Below are positions 26,350 through 37,946 of a stretch of 64,000 nt of DNA, in pieces. A program made the translations under genes and the position numbers. The notes under the pieces were generated by a model. That model was not told where the DNA came from, did not search any database, and saw nothing but the letters and a program-made list of their open reading frames with translations. Within the stretch, counting starts at the first letter, position 1. Each line of letters starts with the position of its first letter. Origin of the DNA: Selaginella moellendorffii (lineage: Eukaryota; Plantae; Lycopodiophyta). The DNA is taken from positions 1,115,683 to 1,179,682 of the forward strand of contig NW_003314319.1 of the NCBI RefSeq assembly GCF_000143415.4, written 5' to 3'.

Positions 26350-28330
26350 CACAAGAGGACTCGAGATGGACCTGAGATGGAGTTCAAGATGGAGTCCGAA
26401 ATGGACCCGAAATGGACCTAAGATGGAATCTGAGATGGAGTTTGAGATGGACCCGAGATAGACTCGAGATGGAGTCTGAGATGGACCAGATATGGACCTG
26501 AGATGGAGTCCGAGATGGACTTGAGATGGACCCAAGATGGATTCCAAGATGGAGTTTGTGATGGACTTGAGATGGACTTGAGATGGAGTCCGAGATGGAC
26601 CCGAGATGGACCTGAGATGGAGTCCAAGATGGAGTCCGAGATGGACCCGAGATGGAGTCCGAGATGGATCCGAGATGGACCCGAGATGGAGTCTGAGATG
26701 GAGTCCGAGATGGACCTAAGATGGACCCGACATGGAGTCCGAGATGGAGTCTGAGATGGATCAGAGATGGACCTGAGATGGAGTCCGAGATGGACCCGAG
26801 ATGGAGTCTGAGATGGAGTCCAAGATGGAGTCTGAGATGAACTTGAGATGGACTTGAGATGTAGTCCGAGATGGACCCAAGATGGACCTGAGATGGAGTT
26901 CGAGATGGAGTCTGAGCTGGACCCGAGATGGATGTAAGAGACTAATTTTTCCCTTCTACTTTAGTCACTTAACCCCACCTTCGACCACTTGGAGGAGTCT
27001 CATTCACAACCTCCATAAGTCCCATTCAAGACTTGGGGCTTGCTAGCCCCAAGAATGGCATCCATGCCACTCAACCTTAGCACTTGGTCCAGGTGCTCCA
27101 CGTGTCCGATCCTATGATCGACACCCCAAGGTACCATTGACGTATCGGCCCGTTACGCTAAGGCCATGCCCATTTACCTTGGTCACATCGGTGGTCCAAC
27201 TCCATCTGCATTCCAATCCTGTCTCTCAAAGACTGGGTCATCCGTCCATGAGTGATCATCCCAGATCCACTCCTTAACATCCTTAGGATGCCTACAGACA
27301 TGGGGAATAGCCTTCCCCAATATCTCTGTTCCGGTCCTCACCAAGTCCCTTTTTGTCCTTGGCTGTGTTCGCCAACACCACCACTGGATCAAGGCCCACC
27401 GGCCCGACCACTAAGTCCCACTATCCTCTAGGACTTCCTCACCGTGTGACTGTGTCCTTGGTCACCACACCAAAGGGCTACTCCTCTTCCTTTCCATAGT
27501 TTGGGACTTTGGGACACCATTTCAGAACACTGTGGCCCTACGCGGGCCTCATGGGTACTCTCCCCGCCTTCTGCTTTTGGGTGCTCTAGCCATGGGCTTA
27601 GAGCGAGGTTCCGTTGAGCCACGCCTGGTATCCAAGTAGGTAGTGCCACCCACACTTGGACTGGGAGCATCGACCATTCGATCTCCCGGGGGAACTGGAG
27701 CCGGCTCTTGAACACTTCACCAAGCTACCCCGCTTGTCGGTCCATATTCACTCTAGTCTTGGACTTCCCAGTGGTCAGTTCATCACCCAACACTGGGTAT
27801 GGTCTTCCCAGACCAAACTGGCCTTTCTTGGGCCCAACTGGCCTTTCCTGGCCAAACTGGCTCCACTGGGCTCCAAGCCCTACACTCTCCCTACTATACT
27901 TTTGGAACCCCCCGCAGGCCCCCCCCCCCCCGGGGGGACAATCGCTTTGGGCTTTCACCCAACTGCCTGTATTAGTATTCGGACTTGGACTCGGACTCGG
28001 TCGCGGTCCCGGTTTCGGACTCGAACTTAGTCTCAGTCTCGGTCTCGGTCCCAGTTCCATCTCGGACTCCATCTCGGGTCCATCTCGGGTCCATCTCGGA
28101 CTCCATCTCAGGTCCATTTCGGACTCCATCTCGGGTCCATCTCGGGTCCATCTTGGACTCCATCTCGGATCCATCTCGAATCCATCTCGGACTCCATCTC
28201 GGACTCCATCTCGGACTCCATCTCGGGTCCTTCTTGGACTCCACTTTGGACTCCACTTCGGACTCCAACTCGGGTCCATCTCGGACTCCACTTCGGACTC
28301 CACTTCGGACCCCAACTTGGGTCCATCTCG
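26350..28330. repeat. 12-bp-period minisatellite inside family-B LTRs (GAGATGGAGTCC/GAGATGGACCC and its reverse complement)
   Basis: Tandem arrays at 26350-26932 (+) and 28055-28330 (-); they produce the spurious MESEMD.../WSPRW... ORFs. Confidence 0.9.
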
Positions 28331-30403
28331 GACACTTCCACGTGTCATGTGTTGGTCCTTTTTGGGTCCCTTTTTGGAGCCTCGCTTATTGCTTGCTTCG
28401 TGCTCATTCCTCGAGCACTTGGTTGGGAGTTCCACTCCCGCTCTTAACATTTCAAGTCGGAGCTTTTGGTACAAATGTGTTACGCTTGTTTTGCTCTCGC
28501 TTCGGCCACTACCACGTGGCACCCTTCTGGCTCCACTTTGGGGCCTAGGGATTTTGTGTCTCACAACTCCACCACCCATAGACGAAGTTTGATGTCCTCA
28601 TCGAATGGTAAACCATTTTGTAAAGTAACACTCGCATGTGTTACCATTTCCATCCTTGGCACTCAGCCAATATTTGTCTATGGTTTGACATTGAAGGCTC
28701 ACCATGCCTTATCCATCCTCTAAGGAGTATATGTAAGGAACCAACTCGCCAAGGTGTCGTAGGCTAAAGGAACCCCGAAAGCATGACCAAAATGATAAAG
28801 AGTTCATCGGATGGGACCGAGTCTGAGATCGAGTCCAAGACCGACTTTGAGATCGAGTTCGAGATAGAGTCCGGAATCGAGCCCGAGGCCGACTCGGAGA
28901 CCGAGTTCGAGACGGAGTCCGAGATCCGAAATCGGGTCCGAGACCGAGTCCGAGGTCGAGTCCGAGGTCGGGTCCAAGATCGGGTCCAAGATCGAGTCCG
29001 AGATCAAGTCCGAGACCGAATCCGAAGTCGGATCCGAGATCAAGTCCGAGATCGAGCCAGAAACTAAGTCCGAGTACTAATACGGGTCAAGGGGTGAAAG
29101 CCCAAAGCGTGTGTTTCCCGGGCGGGGGGGGGGGGGGGGGGGGGGGTTCCAAAAGTATAGTAGGGATAGTGAGGTCCAGGAAGTAGGAACCAATTTTGAG
29201 GGAACTCTCCAGTGGGGCTTCCAAACTGACTTGAGGTTGGGACTGGGACCGAGGGGCATTGGGTGGGAGTGAGCATGGACTTGGTTGGTGCCGGAGGGGC
29301 CATCCAAGGAAGTGCTTAAGAGCAGCTCCCACTCCTAAAAGGGAAACCGATTGCGGTGCTCCCGGCTCAGGTGGAGTGGTGCCCCACTTGAGTACCATGT
29401 GGCTCATTGGTCCTTGCCCTTCCTATGGGCTTGGGCCTTCCTTCGGGATGGAAGTGGGGGGGTAGAGGTACCCATACGGGGCCGTTAGGCCACAGTGTTT
29501 TGCCCTGGCGTCCCGAAGCAAGTGTTGCACCCAAGACTTGGGATTTAGAGGGTCCCATGATCAAGTTTTGTGGTACCAAGGGATGTTATGGGAGATGGCA
29601 AAGGCGGGGCATAAACGAACCAAGGCGGAGACGGAAACTCTGCCAGAGCTGGAGCCTTCGGTTGACAAAAGGCTATGGATGAGGAATCCTTGCATGAGGA
29701 GGACTCCAGTGAGGAAACTTCCAAATAGGAATCCGGTGGCGAGGTGCGGTCGTCCAAGGCTCGATTGATGTTCTAGAAGGACAATTGGCACAGACCAATG
29801 CCCTGCTAGAGACTCTCGTACGCAAGCTAAAGCATGACGAGAAGCGGAAGAAAAAGCGAAAGACTGCGGATGCTGGCAGCGCAGAAGGTGCGGACCCTTC
29901 GGTAGGGACTGAGGCAGAACCAAACAAGGTTGAACAGACCGAAGTGGAATTAGTCCCTCAAAAGCTCTATTTCGTTAAAGTGGGAATTGTCATTATCCCA
30001 CTTGTAAAATAAGGTTTCCAAACCTTTATATAGTATATAAATATAACAAAATTCAACTGCATTGAGGCACATGCCATTTTGTTTTAAATAAGGAAATGTC
30101 TACTCAATCACTTCTCCTCCCCCTGCCACTGCTTCACCTCTCTCTTCTCCTTGTCATCGTCGTCCAATTTCTTTCCATCCTTTTAATATTGGCTCAGTTG
30201 CTCCGAGTCTAGGTGGAGCCCAAGTCCCCATTCAATCTTTACTTTCCCCTTATTAATAAAACAACTTTGTAGACTTCCAATAACATGCTGTAACACTTCT
30301 AGTATAATGCAAATCCTCTCAAAGAATTGTCTTTTAATATTAATACAATGGCATGGAACCCCATGCCATAATAAGTTACATTTTTAAATAAATACATGCC
30401 ATC

Positions 30404-31288
30404 TCAGACTGTTATTTTTTGCCTCCAACGCCTATACAATAATCTTGGAATTTCATCACTCTCCACACTATCAGGATTTAAACCCAATAGTAATGCCATC
30501 TCTTCTCTAATACGTCCATGCTCATGTTCAGTGGTCGAAGAACCCATCCAGTTGAGCAGATTATGGAGATGCGGATAGTGCTTGGCTAGACAATATACAT
30601 GCCATAAATGATGACTGGTGTCTGTCCAATCAAATGGCTTCTGATATACCATTCCATCTGCCATTTGGTTGATTTCTGCAGCCACCTCCTGGACTGGCCG
30701 GTTCTCTATCACCATCGCTCCAAGCCGTTTTGCAAGGTCCCCCAGAACATACGGTTTCTTCTCCCTAGTTTCCATACTGCAAGAGATGGGGTGCACTGCA
30801 TATGTGTGCGTGTTTGCTGCAGTTTTAATCGGCGAGTCATCGATGATGAGGATTTCACTTGACCTAGCAGTCCGGTTCATCACTACAGCCTCTAGCTTGA
30901 CGAAGATGGGCTTGCTACCCCTCACATGGACCATAGTCAAGCAATCCTCTTGCGTTAGGAGAAAGTCAAATGGTAATATTACTCGCGTCTGATCGTGCAT
31001 CATCTGTAGCAACGTTAATGCATTGTGGCGCATCATGGATGTCCAAACTCCCAATTGCAAATTGAACCCGGCCCTTTGTTTTAAGTGTCGCATGGTCATT
31101 ATTAGATCCCGCAGTTTCTCCCCTGTGATTAATGTGAATCTGTCTCTTTTGACCAACTTGCGACCGCAGGCTTTGGAGGGTGCAGTGACATTCGAGGACG
31201 AGCCACGCTCATGGGAGAAAAGGACACCGTTCAGATCAAAAACGATACAGTACCTTCGCCGTGACTCTGAAATGAAATGCGTCAGCAT
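30404..31288 (-). CDS. FCP1/NIF-like HAD-superfamily phosphatase domain protein (transposon cargo, copy 1)
   Basis: CIVFDLNGVLF (plant NIF-type DLNG variant of motif I), LGVWTSMMRHN, ILIIDDSPIK; 294-aa open frame. Confidence 0.72.
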   Translation of the reverse strand: MLTHFISESRRRYCIVFDLNGVLFSHERGSSSNVTAPSKACGRKLVKRDRFTLITGEKLRDLIMTMRHLKQRAGFNLQLGVWTSMMRHNALTLLQMMHDQTRVILPFDFLLTQEDCLTMVHVRGSKPIFVKLEAVVMNRTARSSEILIIDDSPIKTAANTHTYAVHPISCSMETREKKPYVLGDLAKRLGAMVIENRPVQEVAAEINQMADGMVYQKPFDWTDTSHHLWHVYCLAKHYPHLHNLLNWMGSSTTEHEHGRIREEMALLLGLNPDSVESDEIPRLLYRRWRQKITV

Positions 31289-31899
31289 AAAAAATGGTAC
31301 AAGTCAATTTTACCATCTACAATATTAGCGAATGGTGCTCCCGATAGTCGTTGAGAGGGTTTTGGTCGAGGAAACGTGAAGGGCGGAAATACTCTCCTCT
31401 GCAATGTGGGGTCAATCGCATCCGATGGCGTGTGGGCACATGCCATTTCAGCTGTAGACTCTAGTATAACTGGCTCAATAGTGGCATGGGGCGGTTCCGA
31501 TGGCGTGTGATCACATGCCATTTCAGCTGGTGCCTCCATTGGCAAAGTGGACATGACCGAACAGGCAGCAGAGGCGGTGTAGGGAGGTTCCAACGGCGCG
31601 TAGTCAGACGATTGGGCACACGTTGAATCCATTGGAAATGAGGATACGACCGGCTCGGCGGCTGGGGCGGCCTCATGCGGGTCCAATGGCGCCTGGTCAC
31701 CGTCAGTTGGATACGTGGACAAGATTGACTCAGTGGTATAGGCAGCATCAAGTGGAGCATGGTCAGCTTGCTTGGCGTTGATATGGATAGTAGCCTCCAC
31801 TAGCTTTGATGACTCTTGCAGGCAAGTAGAGTCCACTGGCGGATTCATATGCATGTCCAAATATCTCCCTTCGATTGAGATGGTATCCTCCCTACTGGC

Positions 31900-33180
31900 T
31901 ACTAAAAACAAACTCATTAGCACATTGAATCGACTATACTGTATTTACCATCAACTGCTATTGAGGAACTAGGACCGATATCACTTGGGCGCACTGCTGA
32001 TTCTGAAGGATTGGACATACGTTTCGACCCTTGCTTGGCACTATCCTTCCTCGACACTAAAGGCTAGAGTTTGTATCTTAATTCAACTGAATAATCTCTA
32101 CTTACCATTTGCTCTGCGACCTACATGGACAATGTTAGAAATGGTAAAAGGTTAGGAATGGATGTACTATTATTTACCTGATGGTTTGTCTTGTATGACC
32201 TTCCTCCGCTGCTCTTTGGCCACCTCAGGCTGGCCATCGTCGTCATCATCGTCGTCGTTGTTATTCTGATCGTCACCATTGTGAGGACCATCCAAGTCCT
32301 CTTCGTCCTCCTCTTCTTTGTCCTCCTCTTTGTCCTTCTGCTCTTCCTGCTCATTATCTTTCTCTGGCTCCTCATCCCCCTCCTGCATTTCTTCCATAGG
32401 CTGCTCAGGCTGGATGGCTTGTTCTTCCAGGACCATCTTGGAAAAATCATCTGGCCGAGTCTCCATCTCAAAATACAAGACATCCATAGCCTGTTTTAGT
32501 GCGTGACCTAGGACCGTATCCTCACCCGACTGTCTTAACATGGTTTCTGCATGTTCTTGCACCCTTCGAAGACGACGAGATGAGAAAAACGTGGCTCTGA
32601 CTTGAAAAGCATCCCTCATCCATTGTACCTCTCCATTGAGATTGGGGAAGGGGAGTCCGCCATAGGAATCTGAGTCAGGAGGTGGTGATTGGCTGCTTTC
32701 ACTCAGCCCTTGATCTGCAATGAATGGCATGAGCACACATGCCATAACCGCGAAGCATTACCTATCATCTTTTCGTTGCCCTTCTTCCTTTTCGAATCAA
32801 ACGCCTCTGATCCCGACGACTGTCCAACGTGCTTTCGCTTTTTATGACCACTGTCAGTTTGAGCTTGGCTGGTGCTTGCCTGTTTTGCCTTTGAAGAAGT
32901 GTCTCCTGCAAGGAATGGCATGAGACCACACGCCATTGCAAATATAATTTGTACCTCCTTTTTTTCTATTGCTTGTCTGTTTGTCCTTCTTCGACGCGCC
33001 ACCAATGCACTTTTCAGTCCTCGTGTCTGAATATTCACAACGATCTATAATCAAAATGGCGTGAGGCCTCACGTGACCTTACCTTGTGCAGGTTGTGAGC
33101 TCGGCCCAACATGGGTATCTTCAACAGTAGCTGTTAACGCCGTTTCAGCATCTGGGGGTGGCCACGCTCCTGCATACAGA
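31900..33180 (-). CDS. Multi-exon acidic/low-complexity segment with short GT-AG introns (may join the ParB-like and NIF parts)
   Basis: Introns at 33027-33082, 32906-32954, 32715-32761 and others; D/E-rich exon at 32178-32714. Exon joining was not fully verified. Confidence 0.5.
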
Positions 33181-33218
33181 GCTTGTGAGATAACATTTAA
33201 ACTTAAAGTGCGTACTCA

Positions 33219-35792
33219 CCAGGTTCGTAGAGAAGATACTGTTTTTCTTTGGCAACTATAATTATATGCTCCATTGAAGTCACCTCTTCAATGGAGTTTG
33301 TCACCACAACACACGGGACACCCTTGAGTAGTGCGGCTCGAAAGAATAGTCTGCCGCAGTTGTACTTGACAACGCATTTGCCCTTGGAGTCGGAAGCAGG
33401 TGACCCACCCGCTATTGCGTTGAAGACCCAGCTGAGCATTTCCCATGCTGCACCTAGAGCTTTCTCTGGATTCGAAAGCTCCATAGCCGTCTTCAGTTCC
33501 TCAGGCACGGGTAAATTGACCTCCCTTAGATCAATTCGATCGGCCTTGTTGAACGAAGCTAGGAAGTCACTCCAGTCCCACTCTGCTGCAGGACCAATAA
33601 CAAGGGCGAGTGTGAAGATGTCGACATTCGTCGGTATCTTCTTCTTAGCCATTATCCCATGGATCTCCCGCATCTCCTTGCCTTTCAACCGAGCCTTCAC
33701 CTCGTTCAAGGCCTTCCAGAACTTGTGATAGGATTCGGAGTCGTAGATCATATAGTGGACTGAAGATTCCACCTCCGCAAGTCCCACCATTAAGTCAATG
33801 ATGGAGCTGACTTCGTCTGCATGAGTGATCTCCTTGTTTGTGAAGTCCATCACACAAAAGATGTTCTTGACCTGCTCATCTCCGCGGGAAACGATGCTCC
33901 TCCACCTTTGATCCTCATCCAAATTCACGTATACCCGGTAAGGTTCTCGATAGGCCTCTGCTGCGGGGTCGAGCTGTTTCTGAAGCCGGCGGTCGACATC
34001 CCTCTTAATGAAATTTGGATACTGATCCAACTTCTCAGCTTTACTTTTCGTGGCATCCCGCAGCAGATCAATGAACTTGGGGGCCCCCTTCACGTAGTCG
34101 TCGATGTCTTCATTTGACAACTTCAGCTCTTCCATCATCTCTTGCGTGGTGTCGATGCTCACCCTCTCCACGGCCACTTGCTCGAAGATCCAATCCTTCA
34201 ATAGCGCACGAGCTCTCAGAGTCGTGCACAAGTCCTCGTATGTCACAATATGGCCGGGAGTCATTTTGGTCTTGTTGAAGACTACCTCACCACGTAGAAG
34301 AGCATTAGCCATTGTCAGAAGGTCGTCGTCGTCTAGAGACCGCGAGAAACGCAAGGCGTTGAGCTTCAAATCATTAAGCTTCCGGCCGTCCTCCACACCC
34401 ATTGAGTTTAGCAACTCCCCATCATGGTACCTCTTCAGCACATCTACCCATTTGTCAAAAACAACTTTTGTCACGAGTAGAATGTTATGGATGTTGAGTG
34501 TGTCATTGACCCCCAGTGTTTTCGAGAGAAGACTCGAGAATTCCTGCAATGGAAATGGCGTGAGGCCACATGCTATGCCACATGCAACGAGGCTTACCTG
34601 CCAGGCGCTAGTTGCTAGTGCACGTCCTTGTCCTGGTTTTTGTGGCTTCTTTAGTTGAACCCAGAGCTTCCGTGTTCGTGCCAATGTCTCATGCAGACCC
34701 GATTTGTAGCACGTTTCTTGCTTGACATTCTGCACGTGGGAGATGTATATGATAGATCAGAGGGGCGAGTTGCCTTTTATCAGGCGGACAACTCTTGTCT
34801 TGAAGACTTTCTTCACCTCCTCGCCCACCATAATATCCACAACTATCTCTTGCATCGCCAAGCTAGAATGCTGCCCGAAGACGGCATAGAACCGGATGTT
34901 CTGATCGTCCAACACCTTCCTATTGATCAAGTCTGGAAACCTCGTCTCGCCCTTCATTGTTCGGTAGTAGGGGATCACGTCTGCGATGTCGGGTGTTACT
35001 GGACTTGCCAGCATCTTCTGCTTCAGTTTCTCCACCCACTCATCAGATACTAGCATGTGGTTGTATTTGCTTTGGATGTCGATACGGCTCACGTCGATTG
35101 TATATACTTTGTTGGAATAGTAACAAGTACTATTATCTGCGACGATTTTTGCTGCCTCTTCTTGCTCTTTCTGCTCTTTGCAGCTCTTCTTTTTGGTGGG
35201 TGTAGTGTTCGAACCCGAGGCAATGGCATCACCGAGTAGCTTCTTTTTGGAGCAGCAGAGTCGGACGTCGGCTTGAGCTTGACCACCCTTTTCTGCTTCG
35301 GGGTAGTTTCCAAATCGACCCCCTTCCCCTTCGCTTCGCAAACTGGAGGCACTCTCAACGGCTCAATGTTGGAATATAGTTTTTGAACATCGCCGTAGGT
35401 GAGGTCCGTGGATTCCATGTGATCTTCATAGACCCGCAGCGTCTTTGAAATTGTGAGCCTCCTGGACAACCTCTCCCTAGCTCCCTCTAGGAATTCCTGC
35501 CGCTGCCCCCCTCTGGGAAGCCGCTAGGATGTGCAAGGTGGATCTTGAAGGCGGACGCTGTCTCTACCACAAGTGCCAATCCATATTCTTGCATGGAACT
35601 GTATGGAGTGTCTGTCACTTGGATGAGGATCCCCATGCATTCTTTTCTCCCACCATCTGTGTTGTACAGCCTCAGATCCTCGCCTTCCATCCCGAAAGTC
35701 CAACTGGTGAGCTCCTCCCCTTTCTCTGCATCCACATTGACAGTGGCTGGAAGAAGAACGCAATTCCTCGCCTGTTCAGAAATGCACAACAA
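33219..35792 (-). pseudogene. Cargo gene: putative ParB/Srx-like domain plus degenerate Rossmann/DNA-methyltransferase-like C-terminus (copy 1)
   Basis: Long ancestral frame (frameshifts near 35245 and 35497; TGA at 34757). Contains YTIDVSRIDI..VSDEWVEKLKQKM..FYAV(F/S)GQHSSLAMQEI (ParB-like) and CVV(K/E)YNCG(R/G)LFFRAALLKGVPCV (resembles the MTase SAM-binding region). Further short exons run down to ~31900. Confidence 0.5.
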
Positions 35793-37946
35793 TTAGAGCT
35801 GACAGATGAAAAGTTAGCAGCTGGAAATAACATGAGGCCACACGCCATTCACCACTGCATCAGATGTCTTGAGGCTGCATCCTAAGATGGCGTGAGGCTA
35901 CACGCCATCTGTAACCGGACTGCACTCGAGAGCCCAATCGGTGCATGCCAATGTTGCTACTGAATGGCATGTGGCCTCATGCCATTTTCTACTTGGCCTA
36001 AAAGACTTGCCATTTGAAGCCGAATGGAGGTGTGACAATCGAGGCCGGACTCGCTGGCGAATGTGCACTGTGTGTGCAGCGGATCGTAGCAACAAGGCTA
36101 CTCTGCCACTTACAGTTGGAGAGTGGCGCTGAAATCTCCCGGGACGCCAAGTGGGCTTCGTGTGAGTGGCGGAGTGGGCGGCGGAGTTGGCGGCAAAGTT
36201 ACAAACTGGGTGTGTCTTGAAGTGGATGCCGATGCACACGAGCGCGATGCGAGCGCGAGTGTGATGCAAGCGCGAGTGGACGCCGATGCACACGAGAAAC
36301 CTGTAGAGAAGGTAGATGAGCGGGAATGTGAGCGTGATCGCGAGTGGGAGCGCGATGTGAGCGCGAGTACAATGCAAAACCTAACCTCATATGCGCGAAA
36401 TGTCACGACGGTTGGTAATCCCGCAACGTCATCATTCCTCGGACTTGGGCGCCACCATTAATTTCTGGATCGCCGCGCGCATGCATGCACATGAAATCCA
36501 AAAGAAATCCGCAACGTCATCATTCCTCAGACTGCATGCACGCGAAATCCAAAAGAAAGATCATGATTGGGATATCATTTAATACCCTCGCTATATTTAT
36601 ACCATGCATGATTGGATATTCCAAAGCATCTTGTATTTCCAAAAATGCCAGATGTTCAGCTAAATAAAGAATGGTATACAATGTCCTTCTTGATGACCCT
36701 GCAAAGAAGCATCTCGATCGGACACCACATGAGACCACACGAGCCTTACAATGTTTCAGGGGCATTTGCCATAGATCCGACCGTTATTTTGCTCCAAGAT
36801 TCTACAGTTTGGTGTGCATTGACCTTTCCATCGACACTGCAAAGGGACATCAAAATCAGATGTGGGATCACAAGAAACCAACTTCACTAACTCTGGTTTC
36901 ACCAAGATCTACGTAAGGAGTTATGAAATGAAAGGACCCTCTCTATTAAAATGTGTTTATGGTCCTGACATATCAAAGGATTTTGCATCAAGTTCTGTAT
37001 TTGCATGTTTATCAAGCTACTGAATTGCTAAACCCTAAACCCTAAACATGTGGCAAATGCTGCGTGAAGAAAGATGCCCTTTCTGGGCAAATGCTGTAAG
37101 AGGCAGATGCCGAGCAGTTACACGGCGAATAATCTTGGCGCGGATCGCTGATATGGCATGGCAAAGTTCGAATCACTGACATGGCACAGCTGGATCGAGG
37201 CAAGGACATGATGTGACAAAGTTCAACCTCCGACAGCAAAGTCTAGAAGCTACTCAGTTTGAAATTTGTCAGAGGAATCATAAGATCTGGTTTGTCAGAG
37301 GATTTGATGTGACGTTCAAGCGTGTGTTATTTTTGAATTCTCGAACTCATTCCTAGGTCTATCATTTTTGTGCGCCGTGTTCTTGGTTCTGCTGAGCGCA
37401 GTGAGCGCTGCTTGTGTAAGCGGCGTTGTGGGCTGTGGTTTATGCGTCTACGAGCGGTTCCGGCATTGCGAGCGCCATTGCGAGCGGCAGTTTATGCGAG
37501 TGGCAGTTTGTGCGAGCGGCGCTACGAGCAGTTGCGGTGTTGCGAGCGGCGCTACGAGTAGTTGCGGTGTTGCGAGCGGCACTGTCTTTGGTGTGGCTAC
37601 CGCTTCCTCTTGATATTCGGCACTTGTGCTTCCTGGTATGTTCACCATGGAATGGCTTAGGACCACATTTAGAAATGGCATGAGGCCACATGCCATCTTG
37701 GGCCCTTGCAATTTCATGGCTAGCGTATTGTCATGTATGTTTTTATTTGCCTGCAGCTATGTGTATATCAAGATGGCATGAGGCCTCATGCCAATTTTGT
37801 AAATGCGAAATTTCACGTGGGTGTCAATAGCATGTTTGAATAATGGCATATGGCCTCATGCTATTGAGGTTGTTTGGTATGTTATGATTTAGGCCATTCT
37901 CCAATCATTTTTTGTATGGTCTTAACTTCTTTTCTGCACTTTCAGA

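Noticed and set aside
26167-29100. ORFs such as MESEMDPRWSPRW..., SRVHLGLHLG..., RVRDRVR...
   Set aside because: They are translations of 12-bp LTR minisatellites that are open in several frames; there is no evidence of coding.
29962-29970. AGCT (or GC) as the TSD of the DNA transposon
   Set aside because: Copy 2 gives a clean GGAC duplication outside AAG...CAT, and only the TCAG solution restores the gag frame without a stop.
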